Shown here one piece after another: positions 9,826 to 20,100 of a DNA stretch of 64,000 nt (positions are counted from its first letter, which is position 1; each line of letters begins with the position of its first letter). A program made the translations under genes and the position numbers. Source of the DNA: Nibricoccus sp. (GTDB taxonomy: Bacteria > Verrucomicrobiota > Verrucomicrobiia > Opitutales > Opitutaceae); assembly GCA_047602425.1 (NCBI GenBank), contig JASGHG010000001.1:320001-384000 (forward strand), given 5' to 3'. The notes below the pieces were generated by a model. It saw only the letters and a list, made by a program, of their open reading frames with translations, made no database searches and had not been told where the DNA came from.

Positions 9826-10730
9826 TTAGTGGTGGAGGGATTCGTAGTCGAGCGGGGAGAGGTAACCGAGGGAGCTGTGGAGGCGCTCGCGGTTGTAGAA
9901 GCAAATATAGTCGTGCAGATGGGCGCGCGCTTCTGCGCGGGTGGCGAAGGTGCGTGGATAAACGCATTCGAGTTTGAGGGTGCTCCAGGCCGATTCCATG
10001 GCGGCATTATCGTAGCAGTTGCCGCGGCGGCTCATGCTGGGGATCGCGCCCATCGCGTGAAGCTTCTGGCGGTACGCCTCGCTGGCATACTGGCAGCCGC
10101 GGTCGGTGTGGATGATCAACCCGGCTTTGGGCTGGCGCGAACGGCGCGCCATTTCCAAGGCCGACAGGACCAGTGGCGTGTCGATTTTTTCACTCATGGC
10201 CCAGCCGACCAGCCGGCGGCTGCATGCATCTTTGAAGGCGCATAAATACAGCCAGCCTTCGCCGGTTCCGATGTAGGTCAGATCGCTCCGCCAAACGTGA
10301 TCGAGCGCGGTGACCGCAGGCTTTCCCAAGAGGAGATTCGGGGCGATCGGACCGGGATGGTTGCTGTCGGTGGTTTTGACTTTGTACCGCCGGCGGGACC
10401 GGGCGCTTTGGCGTTGTTGTTTCATCAGCCGGGCGATGCGTTTGCGGCTGGGTGTGGGCTGGCCCGGGCATCGCAAGACTTGCTGGATACGCGGCGCTCC
10501 GTAGGTGCCCCGGCTCCGCAGGTACGCGGCGGTGATTTTCGGGGATAGTTCCGCATCCGCCAATGTTCGCGGACCCGGATGAGTCTGCCGGTGGCAATAC
10601 GCGTGGTACCCGCTGGTGCTCACGCCAAAGGCCGCGCACAGATCGGCGATCGTGTGGTGGGTCTTCATCGCAGTTATCCTTTCGTACCGCTCGGCGGGGG
10701 TTCGGAGAGGATGCCCAAGGTTTTTTTTAA
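9826..10730 (-). CDS. IS3 transposase OrfB (DDE), expressed by -1 frameshift
   Basis: WRSDLTY, HTDRGCQY, DNAAMES, YNRERLHSSLGYLSP; A8 slippery run at 10721-10728 (minus strand) in the orfA/orfB overlap. Confidence 0.9.
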
Positions 10731-11024
10731 TATGTCGCGCTGGGTGCGCAGGCGCTCGTTCTCCTGACGGAGCGCTCGCAACTCCGCTTGCAACGAACCG
10801 ATGTCGGCCGGCGTTTGCGCGCCGCCCCCATGGGGGCGTTCCTCCGTGCGGATCCACGCATACAGGGTCGTCTCGTGGACCCCGATCTTCGGCGCATACT
10901 TCGGCACGCTTTCCCCGCTCAGCCGCCACGCCGCCACGCTGTCGCGGCGAAACGCCTCGTCATACTCAGGCACGTATTTGCGGGGCGGCGGGGCCGCCTC
11001 GTTCTTGGTCTCGGGTTTGTTCAT
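10674..11024 (-). CDS. IS3 transposase OrfA (HTH + coiled coil)
   Basis: YDEAFRRDSV...IGVHETTLYAW...LRQENERLRTQRDILKK. Confidence 0.88.
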   Translation of the reverse strand: MNKPETKNEAAPPPRKYVPEYDEAFRRDSVAAWRLSGESVPKYAPKIGVHETTLYAWIRTEERPHGGGAQTPADIGSLQAELRALRQENERLRTQRDILKKTLGILSEPPPSGTKG

Positions 11025-12106
11025 GGACTTATTCTTTCTTCGTAGGCCCTCTTCTTTGTCCACGTTTTCGGGGTAAGCTTACCTGTTGCGCGCCCGGATG
11101 CCCGGTCGCCGGGTCGAGCACGCCCTGCCCTTCGGCCGCGCCGAACAGCTCACTTCCAACACGAACATCACGCTTCATCCGGCAGGTCACATCTTCGGTT
11201 CCGCCCTTTGCCTGCTCGAACACGCCGACCACGGGCGTCTGCTCTACACCGGCGATTTCAAACTGCACGCCGGACTCTCCGCCGAACCTTGTGCCACACC
11301 CCAAGCCGACGTTCTCGTGATGGAAACGACTTTCGGTCTGCCGCGTTACGTATTCCCGCCCGTCGAGGAAGTGCGCGCCGCCATCGTGGCGTTTTGCCGG
11401 CAAGCCCTCGCCGACGGAGCCACACCCGTGCTTTACGCGTATGGCCTGGGCAAAAGCCAGGAATTGCTGTGCGTGCTTGGCCAGGCTGGCCTGCCGGTGA
11501 TGATGCATGCCGAGACATTTCGCCTGACGGAAATTTGCCGCCAGCTCGGACTCGCAATGCCGCCCGCCCGCGAGTTCGACGCGAATGAGTTGCCCGGGCA
11601 CGTCGTCATTTGTCCCCCGCAAAGTCGCAATGCTTCCTTCCTCCGCAAAATTCCTGCGCCGCGCACCGCGATGATTTCCGGTTGGGCACTGGATCGCTCG
11701 ACGATTTTCCGCAGCCGCTGCGACGCGGCTTTCCCGCTTTCCGACCACGCGGATTTCCCCGAGCTGCTGCGTTTCGTGGAACTCGTGAAACCCAAACGCG
11801 TGCTGACGCTGCATGGTTTTGCCGCGGAGTTTGCCAGCGAACTGCGCCGCCGCGGCATTGAAGCCTGGGCCATTAGCGAAAACAACCAGCTCGACCTGCC
11901 GCTGGGCCCTCGACCCTGTAGGGTTCGATCTCGGTCGACGCCCGGTTCGAAAACTACGCTCGCCGAAGCAAGCACAGGCCTGCGCAAAACGGCGAACCTG
12001 CACCGTTCATGTAACTTTTGCCCCGCCCATCGTTCGCGGCGTGACTTTTTCGCGCCAACGTGAAAAGTCGCCCGCACCGGCTCGCCTTTCAACGGTCACA
12101 TCCCCC

Positions 12107-12919
12107 ATGCCCAAGTTCGTAAAACGCTGCCTTCTCGCTCTCGGTTTTATTTTTATCACAATCGTCCGTGCCGAGCCCTTCACCGCTTTTGGCGATGGCG
12201 AACGTCTCGTCTACAAGGTCAGCTGGGGCATCATCGGCGCGGGCCAGATCGAAATCGTCGCCAAAGCCGAGACCGGCCCCGACGGCAAGCCGCTCATGCG
12301 CATCACCAACACCATTGCCTCAAAAGGCTTGGTGCGCGGCATGTACCGTTTCGACAACCGCGCCGAAGTGCTGATCGAGCGCGAAACCAGCCGCATGCTC
12401 TGGGTGGCCGAAAAAGGCATGGATCGGAGCAAACAAACTGAAAGCCGCACCGATTTCGACTACGCCGCCAACCTCGCGCACCACAAGGACACCCAGCGTC
12501 CCAACCGCAACTGCGATATCCCCCTAAAACCCGACGCGTTGCCGATGGATTTGCTCTCGGCACTCGTGCAAACGCGGCATTGGGACATCAAAGTCGGCGA
12601 TGCCCGCGATGTCCTCGTCCATTTCGGTCGCGACATTTATCCCGTCACCATCCGGGCCGAAGGTACCGAGGAAGTGGATACGCCGCTCGGGGATTTTCAG
12701 TCACTCGTGCTCTGCCCGCGCATGGAAAAAGAACCACCACGCGGCGTTTTCAAAAAAGGCGGCGAAATCAAAGTCTGGATCGCCCAGTCCGGCGCCCGCC
12801 TACCCGTTAAGATGCAACTCAAACTCGGCTTCGGCACCGCCACCCTCACCCTCTCCAGCCATACGCCGCCAGCCACTCCACCAGAGACAAGCTCCTCCAC
12901 CCCAAGTCCCAAAGCCTGA
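12107..12919 (+). CDS. DUF3108-like exported protein
   Basis: Signal peptide, GERLVYKVSWG start, TPLGDF and C-terminal VWI..RLPVKM..GTATLTL pattern. Confidence 0.75.
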   Translation: MPKFVKRCLLALGFIFITIVRAEPFTAFGDGERLVYKVSWGIIGAGQIEIVAKAETGPDGKPLMRITNTIASKGLVRGMYRFDNRAEVLIERETSRMLWVAEKGMDRSKQTESRTDFDYAANLAHHKDTQRPNRNCDIPLKPDALPMDLLSALVQTRHWDIKVGDARDVLVHFGRDIYPVTIRAEGTEEVDTPLGDFQSLVLCPRMEKEPPRGVFKKGGEIKVWIAQSGARLPVKMQLKLGFGTATLTLSSHTPPATPPETSSSTPSPKA

Positions 12920-12963
12920 CTCTGTTTGAGTGTTTTCAAAGCCTGACTCTGTTTGAGTGTTTT
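12910..12963 (+). repeat. Perfect 27-bp tandem duplication
   Basis: CAAAGCCTGACTCTGTTTGAGTGTTTT x2 (12910-12936, 12937-12963). Confidence 0.95.
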
Positions 12964-13264
12964 TGGCGTCGACGCGGTCGTTCTTGATCTGCGCGTCAGC
13001 GATGATCCGATTCTTGGCCGGGTGCGAGAGTACCACTTCGCTCACGCCAGGGGCCTCCTCAATCAGGTCGTAGATTGTGCCCCAGTTCCAACACGCCTCG
13101 ATGACAACAGCGCTGGGTGCATCCAGCGATCTGAAGTAACTGGCGATAGCTTCCGGTTCGTGACCATTGATCCGGCCTTCCTTGACCAAGTTGCCCTGCT
13201 CGTCGAGTGTGCAGGCAACGCTGTAGCGTTTGTGATGATCGATTCCAGTATACAGTTTTGTCAT
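12964..13264 (-). pseudogene. IS110-family transposase remnant (N-terminal DEDD domain only)
   Basis: YTGIDHHK, VIEAC, KNDRVDA motifs, then an abrupt run into the 27-bp repeat; C-terminal domain absent. Confidence 0.85.
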
Positions 13265-13399
13265 AGCAGCGCCAGCTTAGCACAGCGCCCTTGCGCCGTA
13301 CTTACCTGACTGCCGCTCATGTTACCTGACTCCTTTTTCACGCCTTCTGACTCCTTTTTCAGCCTTTTCTCTTTAGTCTTCTCCTTTTTTGAGCCTCTC

Positions 13400-14089
13400 T
13401 TACCGGTCTGTCCGGTTCATACCGGCTTGGTTGTCAGTAGGCATTACTACTACAGAGCCAGATTTCGCCACTTGCTCCTTTCGCATCGGCTCCATTTTAA
13501 ATGGAAACACACAACCGCTAAACAACCAATTTTCAATACTTCCATCTGGCAGAACAACGAAGTAGTTCAATACCCAACCATCATTTTTAAATGCAACTTT
13601 CGGCTCGGAATCATATTTCTCAAGCAAAGCGGAGGTTGCGTTCAAGATCTCCGAATTATGACCATCGCCATTAAGAACTATATATTCCTTCCATTGTTTT
13701 ATATAATAATCATTAATTACACGCCCTTCTCCTCTTAGTGAATAAAACGAATAAAATACGCTCACTGAATATTTCCTCAAGAAATCCTCAGAATCACTTT
13801 TCGTTAGCAGCTCAGCCCCCATCATGGCGTTAATTTTATCTAAAGCATTGGTGACAACCATGGACACACCATCATCCTTCATACGGTATAAATACACACC
13901 TCCTTCACCGAGCCCAAAATAGATATAGAACAGGCTACCGTTTTTGACCCACGAGAACATAGGCGCGCGATCAACCTTTATTGGATATATAGATATCTCG
14001 CTCGCCTGACAGTTAAACGAGGCCGTCTGAAGCATGTTTGCAACAAAAAGCATGACAAGAAAATTAATTCCTTTAACTACATTCGGCAT
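13400..14089 (-). CDS. Putative Rhs immunity protein, exported
   Basis: AT-rich ORF 15 bp downstream of the Rhs stop; N-terminal hydrophobic signal-like segment. Confidence 0.65.
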   Translation of the reverse strand: MPNVVKGINFLVMLFVANMLQTASFNCQASEISIYPIKVDRAPMFSWVKNGSLFYIYFGLGEGGVYLYRMKDDGVSMVVTNALDKINAMMGAELLTKSDSEDFLRKYSVSVFYSFYSLRGEGRVINDYYIKQWKEYIVLNGDGHNSEILNATSALLEKYDSEPKVAFKNDGWVLNYFVVLPDGSIENWLFSGCVFPFKMEPMRKEQVAKSGSVVVMPTDNQAGMNRTDR

Positions 14090-14104
14090 ATATAATTATA
14101 ATGA

Positions 14105-17100
14105 TTACAGTTTTGTGGCGCCATAGCCAATATAGCCCTTAAAAGGCGTGCCCTGATAGATGGTCATCGTTTGATTGATATACGCACTCCTCGAGAATTC
14201 CTGATCATTCCTACCTCGCCAGTCCAACTTAAAATGCCCAAGCAATTCACTTTTACCTAAAGCCACAACGTCCCCCAAATAACCGGTATTCGTCATAACA
14301 TATTTACCAGAATCCTTATCGAGGCGAACTGTGATCGCATGATAGTTACTTGGCCAGTTGGCTTCGCGATTATATTCATACTTTATAACTGTAGATACAG
14401 GCGATTCACCAATTTTATCCACAAACTCTTCTATAGTGCTTCCTGTTATCACATTAAGCTGAGCACCATGTCGGCGCATCACTGGCGCAAGGAGTGTTTC
14501 GGATGCGTCCATACCTTTGTATTCTAAATTCCAATCACGCCCCTCATCACCATCTTCTTTCGCGATTTCCGCTTCAAGGTTACCAGGATCAATACCGGTT
14601 ACCCACCTCAGTACCTCTCTAATAGACAAAGGCATACATCCCGCAATTGAGCAGTCTCTAATTTGTCTAAAAGGTTCAGGCCTCGGTTCACTGTTTGGGG
14701 CATTATTTTTCAACGCCTGTTCGTTCGACCAGTTTGCTGCTGCTGCTTGGCTAGCCTCGTAGGCTTTAACATCAGAGTCATTTTTCGAAGCTGTAACCAC
14801 TTCTTTGGGCCTACGAATGGGATGAATTGTCCCATCTTTACCTTGGACCTCATATATTTCTTCGTCTTCAGGTTTCGGTGGTGGCGGTGGTAGTGGCGGC
14901 GTCGGATCAGAGGATTTCCCTTCATTAATTTTTTGGTACTGCGCTTGCATGCCTACATCGGCACCTACCATACCGAGCAAATCGTACCGGTTCACTCCGT
15001 CATTGCCGCAAAAGGCATAAAGATTGATGCCACCCTGCTCTTCGGCGGGGTCACGATTGATAAAGCGACCCAAGTTTGGTTGGTAATACCGCATGCCGTA
15101 GTAGATTAACCCAGTCTCATCATCGGTGTACTTGGTCGCCGAGCGGAAGGGATTGGCCGTGCTGTAGGAGCCTGCTGCGCTCTGCAGGTTGCCGAAGGGA
15201 TCGTACTGGTAGGCCGCGGCTACGCTGCCAGAACCGTCGTATAGGCCCAAGACATTGTGCGAAGCGTCGTAGAAGGGATAGTACTGACTGTTGCCCCCGA
15301 GATACGCATCGATCAACAGCAGGCCACCCACGCCACCGGCGCCCTGAGCCGTACCCGACACATCCGGTCCCCAGGCAAAGCGTCGCGTGAGCGTGCCGTT
15401 GCTGTCGAGTTCGGCAATCAGGTTCCAGCCATCGTAGATATAACGCGTGGTCGCAATGCCAGTGCCACTTTTTTCGACGCGGCGGCCGAGGTAATCGTAT
15501 TTATAATTCCAGACCGAGCTACCTTGGGTGACTGCGATCAGGCGATTCTCGGCGTCGTAGGCGAAGCCCCGCATACCGTCATTAGTCAGGTTGCCATTCG
15601 CATCGTACGAGATCGCTCCAGCAAACGGTGTGGCCTCGTATTGATTGAGCGCGTTGGGCGTGTAGCTACCATTTTGATCTGCGGTGCGGTTGCCCATCGC
15701 ATCAAAGCCGTAACTGCGGGCTGCGCCGGCTTGCGCCCCACCGGCACTGCCGTCGGTGTTAAGCTGGTATTTACCGCTGGCGCCCAGTTCCTGCCGGTCG
15801 GTGTAGCTGTAGTTCGTGTAACTGCCCCAACCTCCGGACAACCCCAGAAGATTGGCATAGGCTCCGCCGGTGGTTTTCTCCGTAGCTCGGAGGCCATAGC
15901 TGTTTGCCTGCCCCACGCCATCCAGACCGAAGTAGCCCACGCGAGTTGATACCGGGTTCGCAATGCCCCAGGCTTGGGCAATCGTATCGATCCGATTACT
16001 GTCAGACCGGTAGGTGTAATCCCGCGAGTAGTTCCAAGATGAGCCACCAGTCAGTTGTTCGATCGTCGCCACGAGGTTCGAGTTGTTCGTATACGTGTAG
16101 GTGAACGGGATGAGATTATTGTAAGAAATCGTGTTCAACCGCAACACCGCATCGTACCCATAGCCCACATTGTAGAGTATGCCACTGTCGAGCTTGAGTC
16201 CGGAGGTCGCACCGTTGAGCCGGCCCGAGACGCCGTACTGGTAGTTGTAGTTGAGCGTGTGACTGCCGAGGAAGGCTGGCAGGTTTTCGTTCTTCAGGCG
16301 GGCGCTCTTGTTGAGCAGGTCACCCTCGTCGCCCGGATCGGTCGATGTGTCGTAGTAATCCAAGCTGCGCTGACCGGCCACGTCGGTGACAGTCTTGGTC
16401 CGTCCCGCACGATCGTAGGTGTAGGTCAAGTTGGCGGTCAGTCCGTCGTTATAGGTGACCGTCCAGAGCAGGTTAAGCGGAGTGTAATTATAGGAGGTCA
16501 GGACGTTGCGGGCGTCGGTGCGCGTCGCGATCTGGCCCATTGCGTTGTAAGTGTAGCTCGTCGAACGGTTGGCCGCATCGACCTTCGACTGAAGCAGGCC
16601 GGTGGCCGCCTGATAGTTCCAAGTAGTCACGTCGCCATCGCCGCCGAAGCCGGAAGGCAAAGTGGAACCGGTCCACGTACCTGAGCGATAGGTGTGCATC
16701 TTCGTTTTCTGGCCGAGTTCGTTGTATTCGAAGCGGACAGGATTGACGGTGTCGCCCCACTGATGTGTTTGGTTGCCAGCTTCATCGAAACGGAAATAGG
16801 CGGCCTTGCCGGTCTGATCGCTTCGCGAAGTCACGCGGCCCGCACTGTCGTAGCCCAAGGTGGTGGCGTGTAGATCGGGCGTCGTGATTGTCTCGGCCAG
16901 AGCCGATCCGTTTCTGTAGGTGTAACTCGTCGTGCCGATGCGAGGATCGGACGATGCCTGTAGGCGGCCCAAGGCGTCGTAGGCCTGCAACGTCGTCTGG
17001 CCCTGGGCATTGGTTGCGCTGACAGGCAGGCCGTTGATCGAGATTTGCCTCATTGCCTGGTTGGTGCCAGTGGAGGTGGCGACTGTTTCAAGCCGCTTAT

Positions 17101-20100
17101 TTGCACGATTCGCGTAGGTGAAGGAGTCCGTCAGGTTGTGATCGAAATCGATGGCGACGATGTGTGCCACCATGGAGGCACCAAGGCCGGAAACCTGTGT
17201 GTAGGATTGCGAAGCATAGCGCGCAACCGTGCTCGTGGAACCGTCGTAGGGGTATACTTTCACGCGAGCATATTGATACCAGTTCGAACCATGACCATTG
17301 GGTGCGCCTGTTTGATAACCGGTTTCATATTCCTTAATCCCATAGTCTGCGCTGAGATTGAGGCCCAGCGTGTAGGCGCTGTTGGTGGTGAAGCCTTCAC
17401 GGAACAACCGGCCAAAAGCGTCGTAGTTGAAAATATGAGCAGGAGCGACAGTCAAACCATCGGAAGTGGTTGTCTGCCTCTGGAGTTGGCCCGTGGTTGC
17501 GTTGTATTCGTTGGTGACCACCCGCGTGCCATTGCCCCAAGTTGGGGTGGAAACAGAAAGCGTGCGATTCAACCAATCTGCCACCGTCGTGATGGTTTGT
17601 CCTGCGGTCGCCTGAGTGGTGGTTAAATTACCTGTCGAGGAGTCGTAACTGTACGTGTAGGAGGTGTCGGGAACAGCCGGACCTGAAACCGACTTCGGAC
17701 GCCCATCGGCATAGACGGTTTCGGTTTTGACCCCGTCACCGGGCAGGGTGGTCACTAGTGAGGTCGCTGAGGGATAGGCAACCGACGTGGTGAGGTTGCC
17801 GGGGAGCACGCGCCTCGTAATCCGGCCAGCCGTGTCGTAGTCGTAGCTCGTCACCAAGGTCTCGCCGGTGCCGACGCCCGAGACCGTTTCGGTTTTCAGG
17901 CGGCCCGCAGGATCGTAGAGATAAGTGGTGGTTGTGGCCTGCACGATGTTGGCTCCCTCACTCGCGGAAGCGCGCGTCATCGTGTAAACACGATCATAAT
18001 CGTCGTAGGTGTAGGACCGGGTGATGCCCGATTCATCTTTTTCCCAATCTTTCCTGAAGCCGGTGAAGCCCGCCTCGTAAAAGATGCGTCCTGTCCAGTC
18101 CGCGCGGTCGGCTTTGCAGGTGAGATTGCCGAGATCGTCATACCGATAATAGACCGACGAAAGTTCCGGAAAACTACTGCCGCCAGTATAGACATAACTC
18201 GATTCGCGCAGCACGCGGTCCGCAGAATCGACGATGCGCTCCGTCACCGACGATTTATAAGGATCAAGGTCGAGTGAATCGATTATGGCGCCGCTGTATG
18301 AACCGACCGAGCTGCCGACCTTGCCGTCCAATTGCGCAATCAGAAGATGGGGGCCTGACTCGTCGGCTATCCAAGTGGAGCCGCTCAGTGTACCGCGCTG
18401 GTACGCAAAAGAAGTTTTGGTCCCATCGGGACGTGTCGTGGAAGCAAGGCGGTCGCGAAAGTCGGTATCGGCAAGCCGGGCACTGTAGGTCTTTGTAATG
18501 GTGCTCAGAGATGAACCGCTCGCGGTGTATGTATTTGTGGTCTTGACCACTATCGACCTGCCGTTCAACGCATCCATTTGATAGGAAAATACAGACTGGC
18601 CGATAACGGTGGAGCCGCTCGTGACAGTGTCACTGATCCGCACTGTCTTTCCATCAATAAGATCGGGGGAATAAGTGTAGGATGAAATCAAGTCCGTACT
18701 CTGGTTGACAGCATTGTCCAGAAACGAGCTTCGCGTCTGCCTCTCCAAACCCATCGCATTCCACGGTTGCCCACCAAGATTATTTCCTCCTTCGCGAAGA
18801 ACCCGGAAATAATCGGTGATGATTCGCCCTCCACTGGGGATGGATGCGATTACGTTGCCTTCAGTGTCAATGCCCCGCCCATAACCAGGATGCTGATCCG
18901 CGCCGGCGCCGATTGTCTGAGACATGGGACTGTTATATAGTTTTTCATCGCCTTCGTTATAGGCGAGATCCTCGCGATAGAGTATGGCACCTGCATCGTC
19001 GCTGCCGGCATGCTGATACTTATGGGTAAAAGTGACTGCTTTCGTGAGAGGTCCGTTGCGCCAGTAATGATAACGTGAGGCGTAGCTCAGTTTTGTGAGG
19101 CCGCCCTTCGCCGCCGAAACAGATCTCGCCGGCCACTGGCGATGCACGGCATAAGTGTAGACCGCATAAAACGGGTAGTAAGTCACGCCTCCATCCATGC
19201 TCATGGAGTTTTCAGGTCCTTTATACTGGTACCAATCGGTTCGGAATTCCAGAATCTTGGTGTCTCCGCCCGTGGTTCTGGTCATCGTCACAGCCAGTGC
19301 ATTGCCCCTGTTGAATGTCTGTGGTTGTCCTTCGAGCAGTTGGTCGTTTGAAGCAAGCGGCGTCAGCGCAGGCATGGAAACGTCAAATTGATAAACCGAC
19401 AACGGCGTTGCACTGCTGAAATCCAATAAGGAGCCAGACTGTGGATAAGAACCTGGGGCGTAAAATTTGATGGTGTAGCTATAGCGGGATCTCTGCACAT
19501 CGACGTACCCAGCCGGTCCCTTCAGTTGGGTGCGTAATTGGCCGGAGGACCAAACGCCCTGATTAGCCGGACCGGGATACAGGCTCACGAGAGCCGCTTT
19601 GCAGGAATCAATATCCCAATAGTTGCCAGCATTGAACGTCAAGGTGCCGACCGGGCGCCCTGCACGATCGCACCCCAGACCGAACTGGATCATCTGGTCC
19701 TTTTCGAGCCGTGAAGTATCGACCGCGCCAAAAGGAAGTTCGCTCGCAAACGAAGTGCGAATTTTGAGGATATTGCCCGCAGCCTCGACTTCCTGCTTGG
19801 TAATGGTATCCACATATTGGTCGTTCAAGAGAATGTTCTTTCTTGTGATCCTGGGATTCAGCGGATCGGGGCGGGCTACGATCAAGTAGTCTGGAGCTGT
19901 AGCGGTGATCGTGGCCTGCTCTTCAGTGTCGTCCTTTACATCAACATATATGCAATCGCCAGTGTAATTCGGGATTGTTGTCGAGCCGCCGTTTCTGGTT
20001 ACTGTTATTTCACCACCGCCTATCGGTTGAAATTCCAGCTTCAACTGCGAGAGCGAGCCCCGGATACGCTGTTGCTGGTCCGAGTAGGACCAGGTTGGAT

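Larger units (their letters stand above)
9777..11081 (-). mobile_element. IS3-family insertion sequence with 3-bp TSD CCT
   Basis: 28-bp imperfect IRs TGGGCTTGCCCCGGAAGGACGGACAAAG / rc TAAGCTTACCCCGAAAACGTGGACAAAG; CCT at 9774-9776 and 11082-11084. Confidence 0.92.
9616..12063 (+). pseudogene. MBL-fold/beta-CASP nuclease (ligase-associated exonuclease-like) split by IS3
   Basis: N-part 9616-9776 has SHAHSDH; C-part 11085-12063 has AGHIFGS, YTGDFK, METTFG, LSDHADF, HG. Removing the IS and one CCT restores TARL-LRARM in frame. Confidence 0.88.

Noticed and set aside
12910..12963. CRISPR array
   Set aside because: Two adjacent units with no spacer and no cas genes.
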